Source: Spirogloea muscicola (lineage: Eukaryota). Taken from it: DNA of 64,000 nt. Within the stretch, counting starts at the first letter, position 1. Each line of letters opens with the position of its first letter. Location: positions 18,288-82,287 of the forward strand of contig WELB01000022.1 of assembly GCA_009602725.1 (NCBI GenBank), read 5' to 3'. This document shows positions 1 to 12,900 of the stretch, piece by piece. A program made the translations under genes and the position numbers. Under the pieces are notes generated by a model. It was not told the origin of the DNA and searched no databases. It was given only the letters and a program-made list of their open reading frames with translations.

Positions 1-158
1 GGGAGCGTGAGCCGACGGCGCGCCGTGGCCCGGCGGGCCCCGCGGATGCGACAGTGCCGCCCTGCCCGTTCCTCGGCGCCACGGCCCTCCGGCTTTCACA
101 CCTCCCCCCCCGCCATGCCAGCCCCCCGCGCGCCGCTGCCGCCGCGCCCGCGCGCGCC

Positions 159-2863
159 ATGGAGGGCTGGCTCTCCTCCCTGGTGCCTCCCTCGCCTCCG
201 CCCCCTCCCTCCCCCTTCCCCGACCCCCCCCTGGGCCCCGCCCGCTGACTGCCCGCTGGCCTCCGCAGGGCCTGGAGGACCCGGCTCTCGTCCGGCACCT
301 GGAGCAGCTCGTCGCCGCTCCCCGGGCCCCCGATGCGGCGGCGATGCCGCCGCCTCCGCCCCACGGCGTGGGCGCGGCCGCGGGCGCCGCCTGCCAGGAC
401 CTGCCGCAGCTCATGGACTCCTACTCGGCCGCGCTGCTGGCCTCGCAGCTGACCACGCTTCCCCCCCTGCCCGCGATCCACCACGGCCACGGCCACGGCC
501 ACGGCCACGCGCGGGCGGCCACCTTGCAGGAGCTGGCCTTGCCGACGGCCAGCACCGTCGCGGATCCACACCCGCCCCGCCTGCCCCTCTCGCCCGCACA
601 TCCGGCACTGCTCCCGTCCACAGGCAGCTCGGCGGACGTGCAGCAGAGCGCGGCGACATGGACGGACCTGCCTTACGCGCAGGAGGCGTCGGTCCAGGCT
701 GGCCACGAGCAAGGCGCGCACTTTGCGCACGTTTCCGACTACGTGCCGTGGGAGCTCGGGCAGCATTTGCCGGCCCCCGGTCGAGATCTGCCTGCCTTGG
801 CTGTGAGCTCGCAACCTCGTGGCTGGCCCGCGTCGGACGGCTCCACCGCTCGCTGCGCCTCCCCTCGCACGACTGCCCCCGGGGCTTCCTCTGCTGCACC
901 TCCTGACCGTGCGCCGGGGGGCTGTGTCTGCGGGATGGCCGCAGTCCAGGGCCGCTTCGTACATGCCCGTGGCAGGAAGCCAGCCCCAGGGCCACGTGCC
1001 AGCTGGAGGGTTCCTGCAGAGCGCGGGCAGAGCAGCTGGCAGCTGGATCGGCCACGAGGAGCTGCATTTCGCCGCTCCGCACGCGGCTGCAGGTGCTCAC
1101 AAAAAGCGCTCGTCTCACAGGGCTCTCTACCGGCTGGGCACTTGACTCCTTTTCGCGTTGCAGGGCAAAGTGTCAGCCGTAGGGGCTTGCGACTCACGCA
1201 GTCACGCAGAGCTTACTTCGGATGCAGTACCGCTGACCAGGTCCTGGAGTTTCTCGTGCAGCCATCAAGGAGGAGGCCAGCTCACTGTCAGGCAGTGCCT
1301 CAGGAAACAAGCGGAGGCTCCCTCAGGTTGACATCCTCTTTTTGCACACAGCGCTAGCTGAGTGAAAGATTACAGAGGTGGTCTCCTGGTGGTAGCCTAG
1401 GTCATGCCTCTCGCACCCCGAGGCTTGCTGTCACCAGATCATGCTTGCTCTGACGACTGACAGAGGGAGGACTGTGCAGCTGCAATTGCCTGAGCAGACA
1501 AGGGAGGATGAGCTGGACACCCCTCTCAGTGGTAGTGTCATTTCTCGACCTGGTAGCGGCAGAACACGAGTGCATATCATGGCTGAACGGAAACGCCGGG
1601 AGCAGCTCAACGAGAAGTTCATTGGACTCAGCCTGCTCCTACCAAGTGTTTCTAAGGTACAAGATACTACCAGTTGAGCAAGTTCTTTGCGTGACCAGTG
1701 ACTTGCACTTTTACGCTCTGCAGACGGCAGCAGTGTCGAGGAGGAAGCTGGCATGCGAGCAGCCGGAGTGGGGGGCGGGGGGGGGGGGAGAGGTGGTGGG
1801 GTGTGGTGATTTAGGGACGAGGGCTATGCATTTTGACTGTGGACGCCTGCTGGCCAAAACAGTGTCTTTCAAAGAAGCTGAAGATTTGCATGTGAAATGA
1901 GAGGACCTACACTTGAGGCAACGTTAGAAAAAGGTTCGTAGCTGGAAAGTCTTGTATCAACAAACACCTAAGATGCCGTGGCCCTGTCTGCAGATGGATA
2001 AAGCTTCCGTACTTTCCGATGCTATTAGGTATGTCAAGGACTTGCAGGACCGGCTCACGAGTCTGGAGCAATTGGAGCAGGCCACCAAAGCAGCTCAAGC
2101 TGCAGCTGACAACCCGAGCAGCATCGCTCGCATGGATTTCCTGAGCAGCCCTCATCCACCAGGTTGCTGGGGCTATCACGCAGCACAAGAGCTCTAGCAT
2201 CTAGGAGTTGTGGCAGTCTAGCAGACGCTCAAGACTGTATCAAGTGTTGCCTGCTCGTTCTGGATGGTTGCTGTGAAGCCCTGTTGTACAACTAGTGCCT
2301 GGCAAATGTAACCCGTATTGAATCCAGCAGCTCTCTCTGACATTGGTGGTCTTGTGGACGCGGCTGCAGAAGCTGCTGGATCAAGGGCGTCACTCATACG
2401 GAGGGTGGATATCAGCATAATTGGACATAGCATGACAGTGCGTGTGCAGAGCCCAAGGCAGTGGGGAGCTTTTCAGAAGGTCGTGGCTGTTGCTGAAGGC
2501 GTCCCTGGCTCATCAACGCTACACGCGAGCATGCACCCAATACTCGATGGATGGGTTGAGATGACACTCTCGCTTCAGGTTGCTCCAAGCTCGCTGATGG
2601 TAACAGGATCCAGAGAGGCAGACTCTGCAAGCTTGGCTTTTCATTGCGACCTGATTCACTAGCAGTATATTGCTCTTCTGCATGCATATTGATTGTTATG
2701 GATGGTCTGGCAGCAGGCTCAGATCGATGGTGACACAGGCTCACATGCACCACTGATCCAGTTATTCTGCGACTGTTCTCTGATGCAGCTGCAAGATGCT
2801 ACCCAAGTCAACGGTCACCTTGTTCTTGCAGAGATACAGGCAGTGTTGGCAGGCCACTGCTGA
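159..2863 (+). CDS. bHLH transcription factor (subgroup IVa-like) with C-terminal ACT-like domain; multi-exon
   Basis: Exon 1 MEGWLSSL (159-182) splices to GLEDPALVRHL. bHLH domain VHIMAERKRREQLNEKFIGLSLLLPSVSK|MDKASVLSDAIRYVKDLQDRL (1570-2070) is split by a GT-AG intron. ACT-like VDISIIGHSMTVRVQSPRQWG. Last exon ends ...QAVLAGHC TGA at 2863. Internal exon structure between 900 and 1450 is uncertain. Confidence 0.85.
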
Positions 2864-3646
2864 TGCCTATGGAGCATGGCATCATTTTCTTCATTATTGC
2901 GCTCTACAGAGGAGTTGCAGTGGCCGCTTCTTGCGCTTCTAGGACCCTTGAAGCTGTTCTAGCGTCCCTCGTGCGTGCAAGGATGATCCCTAGCCAACAA
3001 GGGATCAGCTTGCACGCGCGGTCAGTCGCCCCGTGTTTTTGTCAGCCAGCTTATGGTTGCCCGGCAGGGCTCTGGCATGCATGCTGGAGGTGCCCATGTC
3101 TGTGGCGGCAACTGGCTGATTAATAGCATCAGGAGTACTGCAGGAGAGTGGAACGAAGGGCAGATTGCTCGCCCTCCCCTGTACAGGATATATGGAGCCT
3201 GCTTTTTTTGGGTCATTGCCTGCTCGCCCTCAAGGGTGGAACTCGAAGGGCTACAGTGCACCTGGCCTAGCAGCCGAGCTCCTCAGAGTAGTCAACCTAT
3301 TGAACTTTTTTGCCCCCATTGGCAACAATGAAGGAGGCGGCACGAGTAATGAGTAGGGAGATACCTCTTAGAGCATCACTTCTGCCTAGACGAGATATTT
3401 TCCTGCTTCCAGCGATCTTGCTGGCCAATGTGATATATCTACCCGGAGACATTTGGAACATGCTCAAAGATCAAAGCACCAGGAGAGGGTGCACAATGTC
3501 AGCACCAACATCGCCAAGCTCTTCTTAGCGGGAAATTGTTGTTGACGTTGCAAGCACAGTGTGATCAGTAGTGGTTGCTGCAGTTGGTACGTCATCATCC
3601 CGGCCCACTGATTCTTCATATTACTACATTGAACAGCCGGGCTATC

Positions 3647-3898
3647 TGTCAGTCCTATGGCTGCGCCCCGCGTGGGGACGGCTACTAAGCCAGACCCTCG
3701 GTAGGGTCATCACCTTCTGCCGGTGCCTCAGGGTGTAAGACTTCCGCTGCGCTGTGTGCGCATATGTGCGCTGTGCGCGCTGGCGTTCACTCTGTAGGAG
3801 GGTCGTCCCAGAACCCCCCTAGGTCGAAGCCCAACGAGGACGTACTAACCCCTCCCTGTGTGTATAGGGATGGTTTCGTCACAGATATGCACTTGACA
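3647..3898. mobile_element. Candidate solo LTR (252 bp)
   Basis: Begins TGTCA and ends TGACA (TG...CA, 5-bp inverted termini). Flanks CTATC / ATGTC match only 3/5. Abuts the end of a decayed retroelement ORF. Confidence 0.3.
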
Positions 3899-4330
3899 AT
3901 GTCTAGTCAGGAGCTGTGACTCGGAAGGACTAGCAGCCGGAAAGCAATCCCCTTGGCAAAAGCCAGAGGCTGCAGAGCACAGCCAGCGTGCAGGTGCAAG
4001 GCGTGGGCCTTGGACCGTGGAGTGGTATGGACAGGGGCATGCGAAACGCGCGCGCTAGCGAGCAGCGGCGTTGAAGTCAGTCTGCTCGCCTCGCCTGTGG
4101 GACACAGCGCGTCACGCAAGCTGGGCCAACAGGTCAAGCAACTGAGGCCCGGAAGCCCTGTGCACATCGACGGCCAGTGGACGAGCTCGGCCCCTTCCGG
4201 GTGGTGGTCCGCGTACTTGGCCGCTTGGCCACGACCGGTGTTCGCAGCTGCACGTCCAGCCTTGGAGGCAGAGAGCCCCGGGTTGGAGCGGCCAACCACG
4301 TCTGTGTGACCGAGAGGCGCTGAGGCACAC
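3899..4330 (-). mobile_element. Decayed C-terminus of RLE-type (CRE-like) non-LTR retrotransposon ORF
   Basis: Frameshifted minus-strand peptide pieces KYADHHPEG..PLAVDVHRASGPQLLDLLAQLA..RSKAHALHLHAGCAL, matching the copies at 17940-18240 and 36965-37222. Confidence 0.7.
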
Positions 4331-4530
4331 AAGGGAGCAAGTACCACGGCGGATGGACGCGCGGTGCTGTGAGCGGAGCGGGCGAAGCGAAGGTCGGGAG
4401 CCAGCGGTGAGCGGGCCAGGCATGCGGGGAAGGAAGCGGGCGGGGTGCCCCAGTCGTCCAGGCCGCCGCGCCGGGCCGCTTGCCCGTGACACGCCGCTAC
4501 TACAGTAGGCCGGCGGTCAGCAGGTGGCCA

Positions 4531-4764
4531 GGAAGAAAGTGCTCGCCCATGGAGAATAGGGGCTGGAGCAACCAGCCCGAAAAAGAATGAACAGAGTACG
4601 AGAAGGGGGCCAGGGGAAGCGCTGAGTAACAGAAACAGAGCTGCTACGAGGCACTCAGTAACCCCTGCTAAGCAGCCGCAGATCAGAGATGCTGGGCTCC
4701 TGGAAGTGGGTCCCCTGGCCAGAGCCAGAGGCAGCAGCGAGGGCTCTGCCGGCACGAAGGCGCA
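4531..4764 (-). mobile_element. 3' end of non-LTR retroelement (family A: ...SDLRLLSRGY* plus 3' UTR with hairpin)
   Basis: Minus-strand peptide RLRAGRALAAASG...SDLRLLSRGY*, followed by a UTR nearly identical to 36810-36911 and 57270-57400. Ends at the N at 4765. Confidence 0.85.
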
Positions 4765-4765
4765 N

Positions 4766-7700
4766 GCGCCCCCGCTTCGCACCCGCATCCCCCACGCTGC
4801 CGCCGCCGCCGCCGCCAGCCCAGCCGGCAATGGCTCCGCCGTCGCCGCCTCCACGCCCGCCACGCCCGCGCCAGCCTCGCCCCTCCTGCCCGCTGCTGGC
4901 CTCTCCGCTCCCCTCCCGCACGACGGCTGGGCCTCCGGCGGGGAGACCTCCTCGGACTCCGACGCCGATGGCAGCAGCACGGCAGCCCCGGCCATCGACA
5001 TCAGCCAGCTGGACACCATGGAGGAGAGCGCCATGGTGCAGGAGGCCTGGCGCCTCCTCCGCGAGTCCGTCATTACCTACTGCGGCCAGCCGGTGACGCC
5101 CTTCTCCGCTCGCCTCATGCACGGCCCCTGGCCTGCAGTGCTGGTGACACCACCTGCCGCACACGACCACGTGCCACTCGAACATCCGCCTAGCACGGTC
5201 ATAGCTGAGTATCTTATGCACCCGCCCCGGAACTCATGGGCCAGGTGGGCACGTTGGCAGCCTGTGACCCCAACGACGAGGACCTCGTGAACTACGACCA
5301 GGTCTTCATCCGGGACTTTGTGCCTTCCGGGATTGCCTTCCTCCTGGCAGGGGAGTCGGAGATCGTCCGCAATTTCCTCCTCCACACATTGCAGCTGCAG
5401 GTGACTCACGCGGCCCACCACCTGCTCTATCCTAGCCGTTGAGCACTACTGACAGAATCCCCGGACAGCTTTACTCGTTATCGTCAATCTGGTCCTTCTG
5501 GATTCTTTCCAGCTCTGTGTTGATGACTCGGCCAAACCCTCTCGCCGCCCCGTTTGGCTGGTGTCAGTCCTGGGAGAAAACCTTAGACTGCTACACGCCT
5601 GGTGAGGGCCTGATGCCGGCGAGCTTCAAGGTGACCACTGTGCCCCTTGAGGACGGACCTCCGGGAGCAACAGAAGAGATTCTGTACCCGGACTTTGGCG
5701 AGTCTGCTATAGGGCGAGTTGCTCCGGTCGACTCAGGTCCTGGGCAGGCAGCCACACTCCAAGATCTTTGCTAGATTCCCTCCTGCTGCTGATACCAACG
5801 TGCTGCACAAGGAAGGCTTCTTTTGTCATCACGTACAATGAGCATGCTTCCCTACTCATACATGCCTTCGGATCTTGGTGTAGTGTAGCCTGCTTGCAAG
5901 GGTTTATAGAGGACATGTTTTGCCTTGACATCAGGAGTCATTTCACTGAATGTAGGCTTGTGGTGGATATTCTTACTGCGGGCATATGGAAAGGCAACCG
6001 GAGATTTGTCACTGCAAGGGCGTGTGGATGTCCAGACTGGAATCAAGCTCATTCTGAAAGTATGCCTGGCTGATGGCTTTGACATGTTCCCCACATTGCT
6101 GGTCACCGATGGCTCATGTATGATTGATCGTCGAATGGGTATCCATGGTCATCCTCTTGAAATTCAGGTGAGCATGGCAATGCCGATTTTGTCTCAATAC
6201 ACATCCCTCGCTGCATTGCTACTGTAAGGCAGGCCAACAAGCCACTTGGAAGACTGGCAGATCGGATTGGACAACAACCTGTCCTTCATGGGCTGGGCTT
6301 GCATTTCAGCTGTTGGCCCTTTCATCATTGTTTCCAGCTATCTTGATCCACGACGCTCTCTGCAAGATGGATCTCAGTTCTTCTCACATTGCTGCGGCCA
6401 GATGGGACAGGGACAGGCACTCTGCTTATATCAGCACTCTGAGACCAATGCGTAAATGTTGCTGATCTGTGATACTTTGGACCTGGCAGGCTCTCTTCTA
6501 TTCGGCACTGCGATGTGCAAGAGAAATGCTGATTCCTGATCAAGCAGGTCTTGAGCTCATCCGCAATGTGACTGCTCGCCTTACGGCCCTGTCCTTTCAT
6601 GTTCGAGAATATTACTGGATTGATCTTCGTAAATTAAACGAGATCTATCGCTACAAGACCGAGGAATATTCAGAGGAAGCCATCAACAAACTTAATATCT
6701 ACCCGGAACAAGTGAGTTCTTACCCAGCATCTCCGTGAAAAATCCTCGGACCAGGTCAAATTAGGCTTGGAACTGATCACTGGTGTCATTAGTATTGCTG
6801 GTGGGTACTTATATATGGAAATGCCTGTGTCATGGCTGGCTCTGCTTTCCCTTTCTTACTTGACTAATGAGCTGTATAGGTTTCACCTTGGCTCGTGGAT
6901 TGGATGCCAGAAAAAGGTGGCTACTTGGTGGGCAACGTGCAGGTCGGAGCACCTGCCCTTAGTAAACACCTTAAACAACCTGAACAGTGATTGGGGATGC
7001 ATCTTAGCCAAATTGTCCTGCCTGTCGTGTACCAGCGGTCGGTCCAATCTGAGATGTTGATCTGAACAGTGCATCTGACTTGAGCAGACTGGATTTGGAG
7101 CAAGGGAGAGTGACCCAGAGCAGTTCTTGACACTTGGATCTCTTCTCTATCTGGCTTGCAGCCTGCCCACATGGACTTTCGGTTCTTCATGTTGGGAAAT
7201 CTGTGGTCCATCATGAGTTGCCTAGCAAGCGAGAAACAAAGTGCTGCAATTCTGGACTTGATTGAGGCCCGCTGGACTGACTTGATCGGAGCGATGCCGC
7301 TGAAAATATGTTTCCCTGCACTCAATCACCACGAATGGCGAATCATCACTGGGGCAGATCCAAAAAACACGTATTGGTTTCCCCTCACTGAGGACCTACT
7401 ATCAGCTGCCACCTTTTAAAGCTCCAGTGACACTTCATGATTGTGTATGACATGCAGCTGAATGTGGGAGGGTTGACTGCTCTAGTTGATTAGCAGCAGT
7501 GCTGAAGACAATCGCCGTCCTGTCATGTGTCAACCCTGACTACACCCATGGCATTGTTGCACAATCCTTGATGGGTGATTCCTTTGTTGTACCTATGTAT
7601 TCTGATGCAGGGAGTGGAGCTATCACAATGGTGGGTCTTGGCCTGTGCTACTCTGGCAGGTTGGTCTTATTATCGCTCATGGCTGTTCCCACCGGCTGTG

Positions 7701-8320
7701 ATCATTGGTGCATTGAGAAAGTTTAGAAATGCTGTGCGGCCTTATGTAGAACTCATGCCAAATGGAGGACCGATTGTTTAGTCTTATCTGCTCGTCTTAG
7801 AGGAGCTAGTCCGCCGAGTAGGCAGGAAAGGCAAGCTCTTGAGTGTCTGTCATCTGTGCCGCTGCTCTGGCAGTTCACTGCAGCTTGCATGAAGATGGGG
7901 CGCAAGGACCTAGCGCAGCGGGCTGTAGAGGTTGCTGAAAAGCGCCTGCAGCAGGATTGCTGGCCTGAGTACTACGACATGAAGAATGCACGCTTTGTGG
8001 GCAAGAAAGCCCACCTTTTCCAGACTTGGTCAATTGCTGGCTACCTGTGTGCAAAGCTCATGCTTCGTAACCCGCAGGTAAGGTCACTTACCTTCCGATA
8101 CTTGTTGTTGCTCGCTGGTATTACCTTGTATTGGCAAAAGAGCCCCTCTACCATTGATCCATCTTGATGCTTTGAGCAGGCTGTTGATATCCTCACATGT
8201 GACGAGGACTGGAACCTGCTGGAGGCCTTTGCTGCTGCTGGCTTGAGGAAGAGAAGGAGGCGTGCAAGCTCAAACCCCCCCCCTTCGTTAGAGGTCCCCT
8301 CGACCCACCGACCTGCTTGA
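4766..8320 (+). CDS. Alkaline/neutral invertase (GH100), organellar alpha-group type; 5' start lost at N 4765
   Basis: Exons encode [119 protein letters not shown] and [16 protein letters not shown]. Stop TGA at 8318-8320. Confidence 0.95.
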
Positions 8321-9261
8321 CCTGCTGTTGCCCTTATCGGTCAACTTATTGACAGAGGCCGAGCTCCTATAAAGTGACGAGGTCTTTGCATTAAATTTCT
8401 TATTTGCTAGTGCTTGATTTAATCCAGTTATATTACCATGAGTGGCCTATGTTGGCCCCAAATTGGTGCTGCGAAACAGCAGCAACAGCCATCCTAGATC
8501 GCTATCTAGGCTCATTGGGGCTGACATTGTCATCAGCCCTTGGCGAAGAGTTTATCCTGGACAGCCAGGCGCGCAGAGTTGGAGGCTTTTTCTGGCGTTT
8601 TGATTAGCCTGGCAGCCTCTTCGGCGACTTGCCCATGGTATACGCTGCAGTGGCGCGCAGCCATTTTTGTTCCTCGTGATGTTGGGAGTGTGCAGACATT
8701 GGTTTTGCAAAGAGGAACTTGTTGTCCAAGGTGTGGTAATGGGCCTTGATGGGTATGATGCAGTGCCCAGCTACTGGCTCAGTCATGTCATTGTCTGTTA
8801 GATTGTTGACCAGACGTGACTCCTGGCATTAGGCAGACTTCTTTCCGGGCTGGCAGTTTACAGCCCTCGCCCCCTTTGGGAGGGCCAAACCCGTTATTCA
8901 GTGCCTAGTGGCCACTAGACTCGCTGTGGGCTTTAGCGCTTTGCTGGCCCCTTCGAACGTTGTCCATTCTTCTTTCTATGCTGGCCAACCCACAGCCATC
9001 GCCCTCTACTTGGAAGAGTCTTCCTTCTATCTACCCTGTTGAGCAGAAGGCAATGGAATGTGTACTGATGATGGAGGGCCAAAGGCAAGCACATGGACAG
9101 ACGTACATCACCTGCTGCTCAGCTGACCCGCCCAGGAACCACAGGCAGGAGCAGGAGGGATGAGCGAGGCGAAGAGCTGGCGTGATGCATGATGCTGGGG
9201 CGGGGTGAGGCCACGCGGTGACTCGGGCTTGCCCAGCGCCCGGCGAGCCGGGAGGGTGGCG

Positions 9262-9760
9262 AGCGAAGATGGGCTCGCCCAGAGAGAATAGGGGCTGGAA
9301 AAGAATGAACAGAGTACGAGGAGGGGCCAGGGGAAGCACCAAGGAGAACAAGCACAAGAAGAAACGAAGCAGCTACGAAGCACTCGGTAACCCCTGCTAA
9401 GCAGCCTCCGATCAGGAGAGGAGGGCTCGCCCATTGAGGATAGGGGCTGGAAAGGAATGAACAGAGTACGAGAAGGGGCCAGGGGAAGCACCAAGGGAAA
9501 CAAGCACAAGAAGGAACTGAGCAGCTACGAAGCACGCAGTAACCCCTGTCAAGCAGCCTCCGATCAGAAGAGAAGGGCTCGCCCATTGAGGATAGGGGCT
9601 GGAAAAGCCAGCCCAAAGTAGGACGAACAAAGGACGAGAAGGGCGCCAGGGGAAGCGCTAAGAGAAGGCAAGCACAGGAGGAAATAGAGGAGGAGTGGCT
9701 GAGCAAAGCAGCTACGAAGCACGGAGTGACCCCTGCCAAGCAGCCTCACGTCAGAGAAGG
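9262..9760 (-). repeat. Three head-to-tail ~150-190 bp copies of the family A retroelement 3' end
   Basis: Repeated unit (minus strand): CTGATCGGAGGCTGCT..AGGGGTTAC..GTAGCTGC..CCCCTGGCCCCT..CCAGCCCCTATCCTCAATGGGCGAGCCC, with unit boundaries near 9415 and 9566. Confidence 0.9.
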
Positions 9761-9929
9761 CGGGTCCGCTGGCCACAGCCGGAGGCGAGCGGGGCCGGGG
9801 CAGCGTGGCCCCGGGCCGGCGGAGCAAAGAAGCGCCGTGCGTCGTGTGTTGGGAGCAAGCCGAGTGTGCATAGGCAAGCGCATCGCAGCGGGCTGCCCCG
9901 CTCGCCGGCGCGGCTCCCGGCGGGCCGCC

Positions 9930-12900
9930 ATGCCGGTGCCGCGCGNCGCTGCGCGCCCGGGCAGTGGAGCAGCGGCGGCAGCCGGCCCTGCGCGGCCGCC
10001 CCACCGCCGTGGTGCAGTACAACCCCTGGAAGGGTGGCGCCCTCATCGCCGTCGGCTACGAGGCCCGCGCCGCCGGCGTCAAGCGGTGCGCAGCCCACCC
10101 CCCCTCCCCTCACGGCAGCGGCTGCCTGCTCGCCTCGCCCGCCGCTGAGCGCTCCTCGCCAGGGCTGCCTGCAGGCAGATGCGCGGCGACGAGGCGCGCC
10201 AGCTCTGCCCGGATCTGCAGCTGGTGCAGGTGCCAGTGGCATTCGGCAAGGCCGACCTCGCCCGTTACCGCGACGCGGGCTCCGAGGTCAGCACCCCTGC
10301 TGATCCTCAGGCTCTGCTGCACTGCTGCACTGCTGCACTGCTGCACTGCTGCTGCTCCTGCTGCTCCTGCTGCTGTCGGTGCTGGTGCGTCTGCAAGGCT
10401 GTATCTGGCTGTATCGCCACCCCTGCAGCGGCCAGGAAGGCATTCAGCTCCGGAGCCGGAAGCGTCTGCACCAGCCCTGCACCGATGCTGTGGCCCTGCA
10501 CCTGTAGGTGGTGGCAGTGCTGCAGCAAGGCGGCCCTTGTGAACGAGCCTCCATCGATGAGGTGTATGTGGACCTCACGGACGCAGCCGCAGCTCGCCTG
10601 CAGCAGTCGCCTCCAGCCAAGCCCCACCTCCTGCCCACCTATGCGGCCCGCAGCCATGTCCTTGGACACGACCAGGTAGGTCTTTCTCCAATGGTGGCCC
10701 CTTCCTTATCTCATACCTGTTCAGTCTAAGATGGAGCCATAGCTGTGCAGGCTTGACCTTGCTACAGCATATAGTTTCTCCTTGGCTGCAGCAGCCTGTA
10801 GCTGATGGAGAGGCTGGTGTTCACGAAGTAAGGAGGCGTGTGGAAGCTTGGCTGTGCAATGAAGCTGCTGAACCCGGCGATCGACTTCTTGCAAGCGGTG
10901 CCGTTTTAGTGGCCGAGCTTCGTGCTACTGTGCTGGCTGAGACACAGTTCACTTGCTCTGCAGGCATTGCTCACAACAAGGTGGAAGCAACGGCCCGGGC
11001 CTCTCCGAGTGTTCTTGCACCTGACCGTCTATTGTCACGGCACTACAAATACGTCATGACCTGTCGTCTGATCTGCACCACAGTGTGGCGTTTGGTACAG
11101 ATGCTGGCCAAGTTGGCCAGCGGGATGCACAAGCCTGCCGAGCAGACCGTGGTGCCAGCCTCAGCAGTCCAAGACCTTCTTCACAAGCTGCCCATTCGCA
11201 AAATGTGGGCCCTTGCTCTTCCTCATCTTTAGCTATTCGGTGCCTCATCCATGTGCTCTTTGGCTAACTCTTCTGAGCTATCCAACCATTCACTGTCTCT
11301 ACTATAGCCGCCTGGCCTCCCTTGCCCTTCTCTTGTTATGTTGCCGGAAATTTGTTGAGGGCGGCTCGTGAAGCCCTTGTTACTGCTGAATGCAGCATTT
11401 GACGACTACAAGTTTGACGACTACCTTCGGCATCAGTGACCAGTCCTCAGGGCTGGTAGCCTCTACTTAATGTGATCATCGTGTACAATGAACGATAGGT
11501 GGTGCTTATGACGGTGCCAGGGAACATAGTTTGGGTCCCAACAGTTTCAGCTTCATGACATCACAGCTTGCTGCATGATGCCTTTCAGGAAGCAGCTAGG
11601 CGGCAAGCTTGGACTGAAGCTGCAACAGGAGCTGGGCATTCAAACAGTTGGGGACCTGCTGCACTTCTCTCTTCAGCACTTGCAAGACCGTTTTGGAACC
11701 AACACTGGGTCTGCCTTGGCACCTTCTCTGCTGTCATGGCTGTGTGTACCTGAGAAGCTCCTGCAGGTAGGATTGACTAAGTTGGACCTTGTGTCCAGGC
11801 TGTGGTTGCGAATGGTGGCTGAGGGTAAGGATGGCACTGAGGTCAAGGACCGAGTGCTTCCGAAGCAGCACTCCTCAGGAAAAACATTTGTTGGCCCGGC
11901 AGCTCTGGTGGATGTGTCCACCGTCAGCCACTGGCTTTACGAGCTGGCTGGGGAGCTGCAGATGCGCTTAGAGCTCGACTTAGCAACCAGCAGAAGGACA
12001 TCTAGGCTTCTCACTGTGCAGGTCACTTTCCAACTGGTAATTGTGCTACACCACGAAGAAAGCAGCGCTTTGATGTGGGTATGGGTGCTGCTCTTATCTG
12101 CTGCCTGATGTCCTAGTTGTTGATGATGCAATGCCCTTGTGAGACCGTGAGTGCGTGGCAAGCACATACAGGACACCCATGCTTGTTGGGCTGTTAGCAG
12201 GACAAGACCCGAGGAGGTGAAAAGAAGACCATGTCTAGGTGTGTGGCCCTGAGGGGTGGCAGAGAGGCTATGGCAGAAGATGCTCTGGGCATTGTCAAGC
12301 GCCTCCTTCTGGAGATGGCTATGCCAGGCACGAAGTGGATGATTGTCTACATGGGCCTCTCCGCATCTCAAATTGCTGCCACTCCACAGGTGCCCTTGAC
12401 ATTCCAGACTACCAGATTAGATCAACATGGTCTGCTAATCAGAAGCAGTCTGTCTGCACAGGACCTTGGTAGACTGTGAGCCAAGCTTTTGTTAGACCAT
12501 TCTGGGAACTCTTTCGCTTGTCCAGCTTTGCTTGGTATAGGGGTAAAACCCTTCGTACGCAGTCAGTCTAAGCCAAAGTTCCTTGCCTGGCCCAGGGTGT
12601 TGCTCCAATCACAAGTTATCTGGGGCCATCAGATCCACCGTCGACGGAACCTGCCCTTCCAGGGAGTTGTGAACCAGAAGAGCATCTCCCAACCTCTCTG
12701 CACCCCTCTCAGGAACAAGGCATGCCAGGCCCGGCCAACGTGGCACCCGATTCTCTTGGACCCTTGGGGCAGAAAATAGCCGCAACAGGAGAAGGTGGTC
12801 ACGGTTCTCACCTGAAGCGAGGACTATCTTTTACAGTAACGGAGGAAGGTCAAGCAAACAGATCTTGTTCACAATCTCCTTCCAAGGTGGAGGACTTTGG

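Noticed and set aside
9567..9625. HDV-like or hammerhead ribozyme in the family A 3' end (GGGCTGG..CCTA-TCCTCAA-TGGG-CGAGCCC resembles P1/P3/L3)
   Set aside because: No GG for P1.1 and no P4 or J4/2 downstream; the loop is not conserved in other subfamilies; no CUGANGA/GAAA core found by eye.
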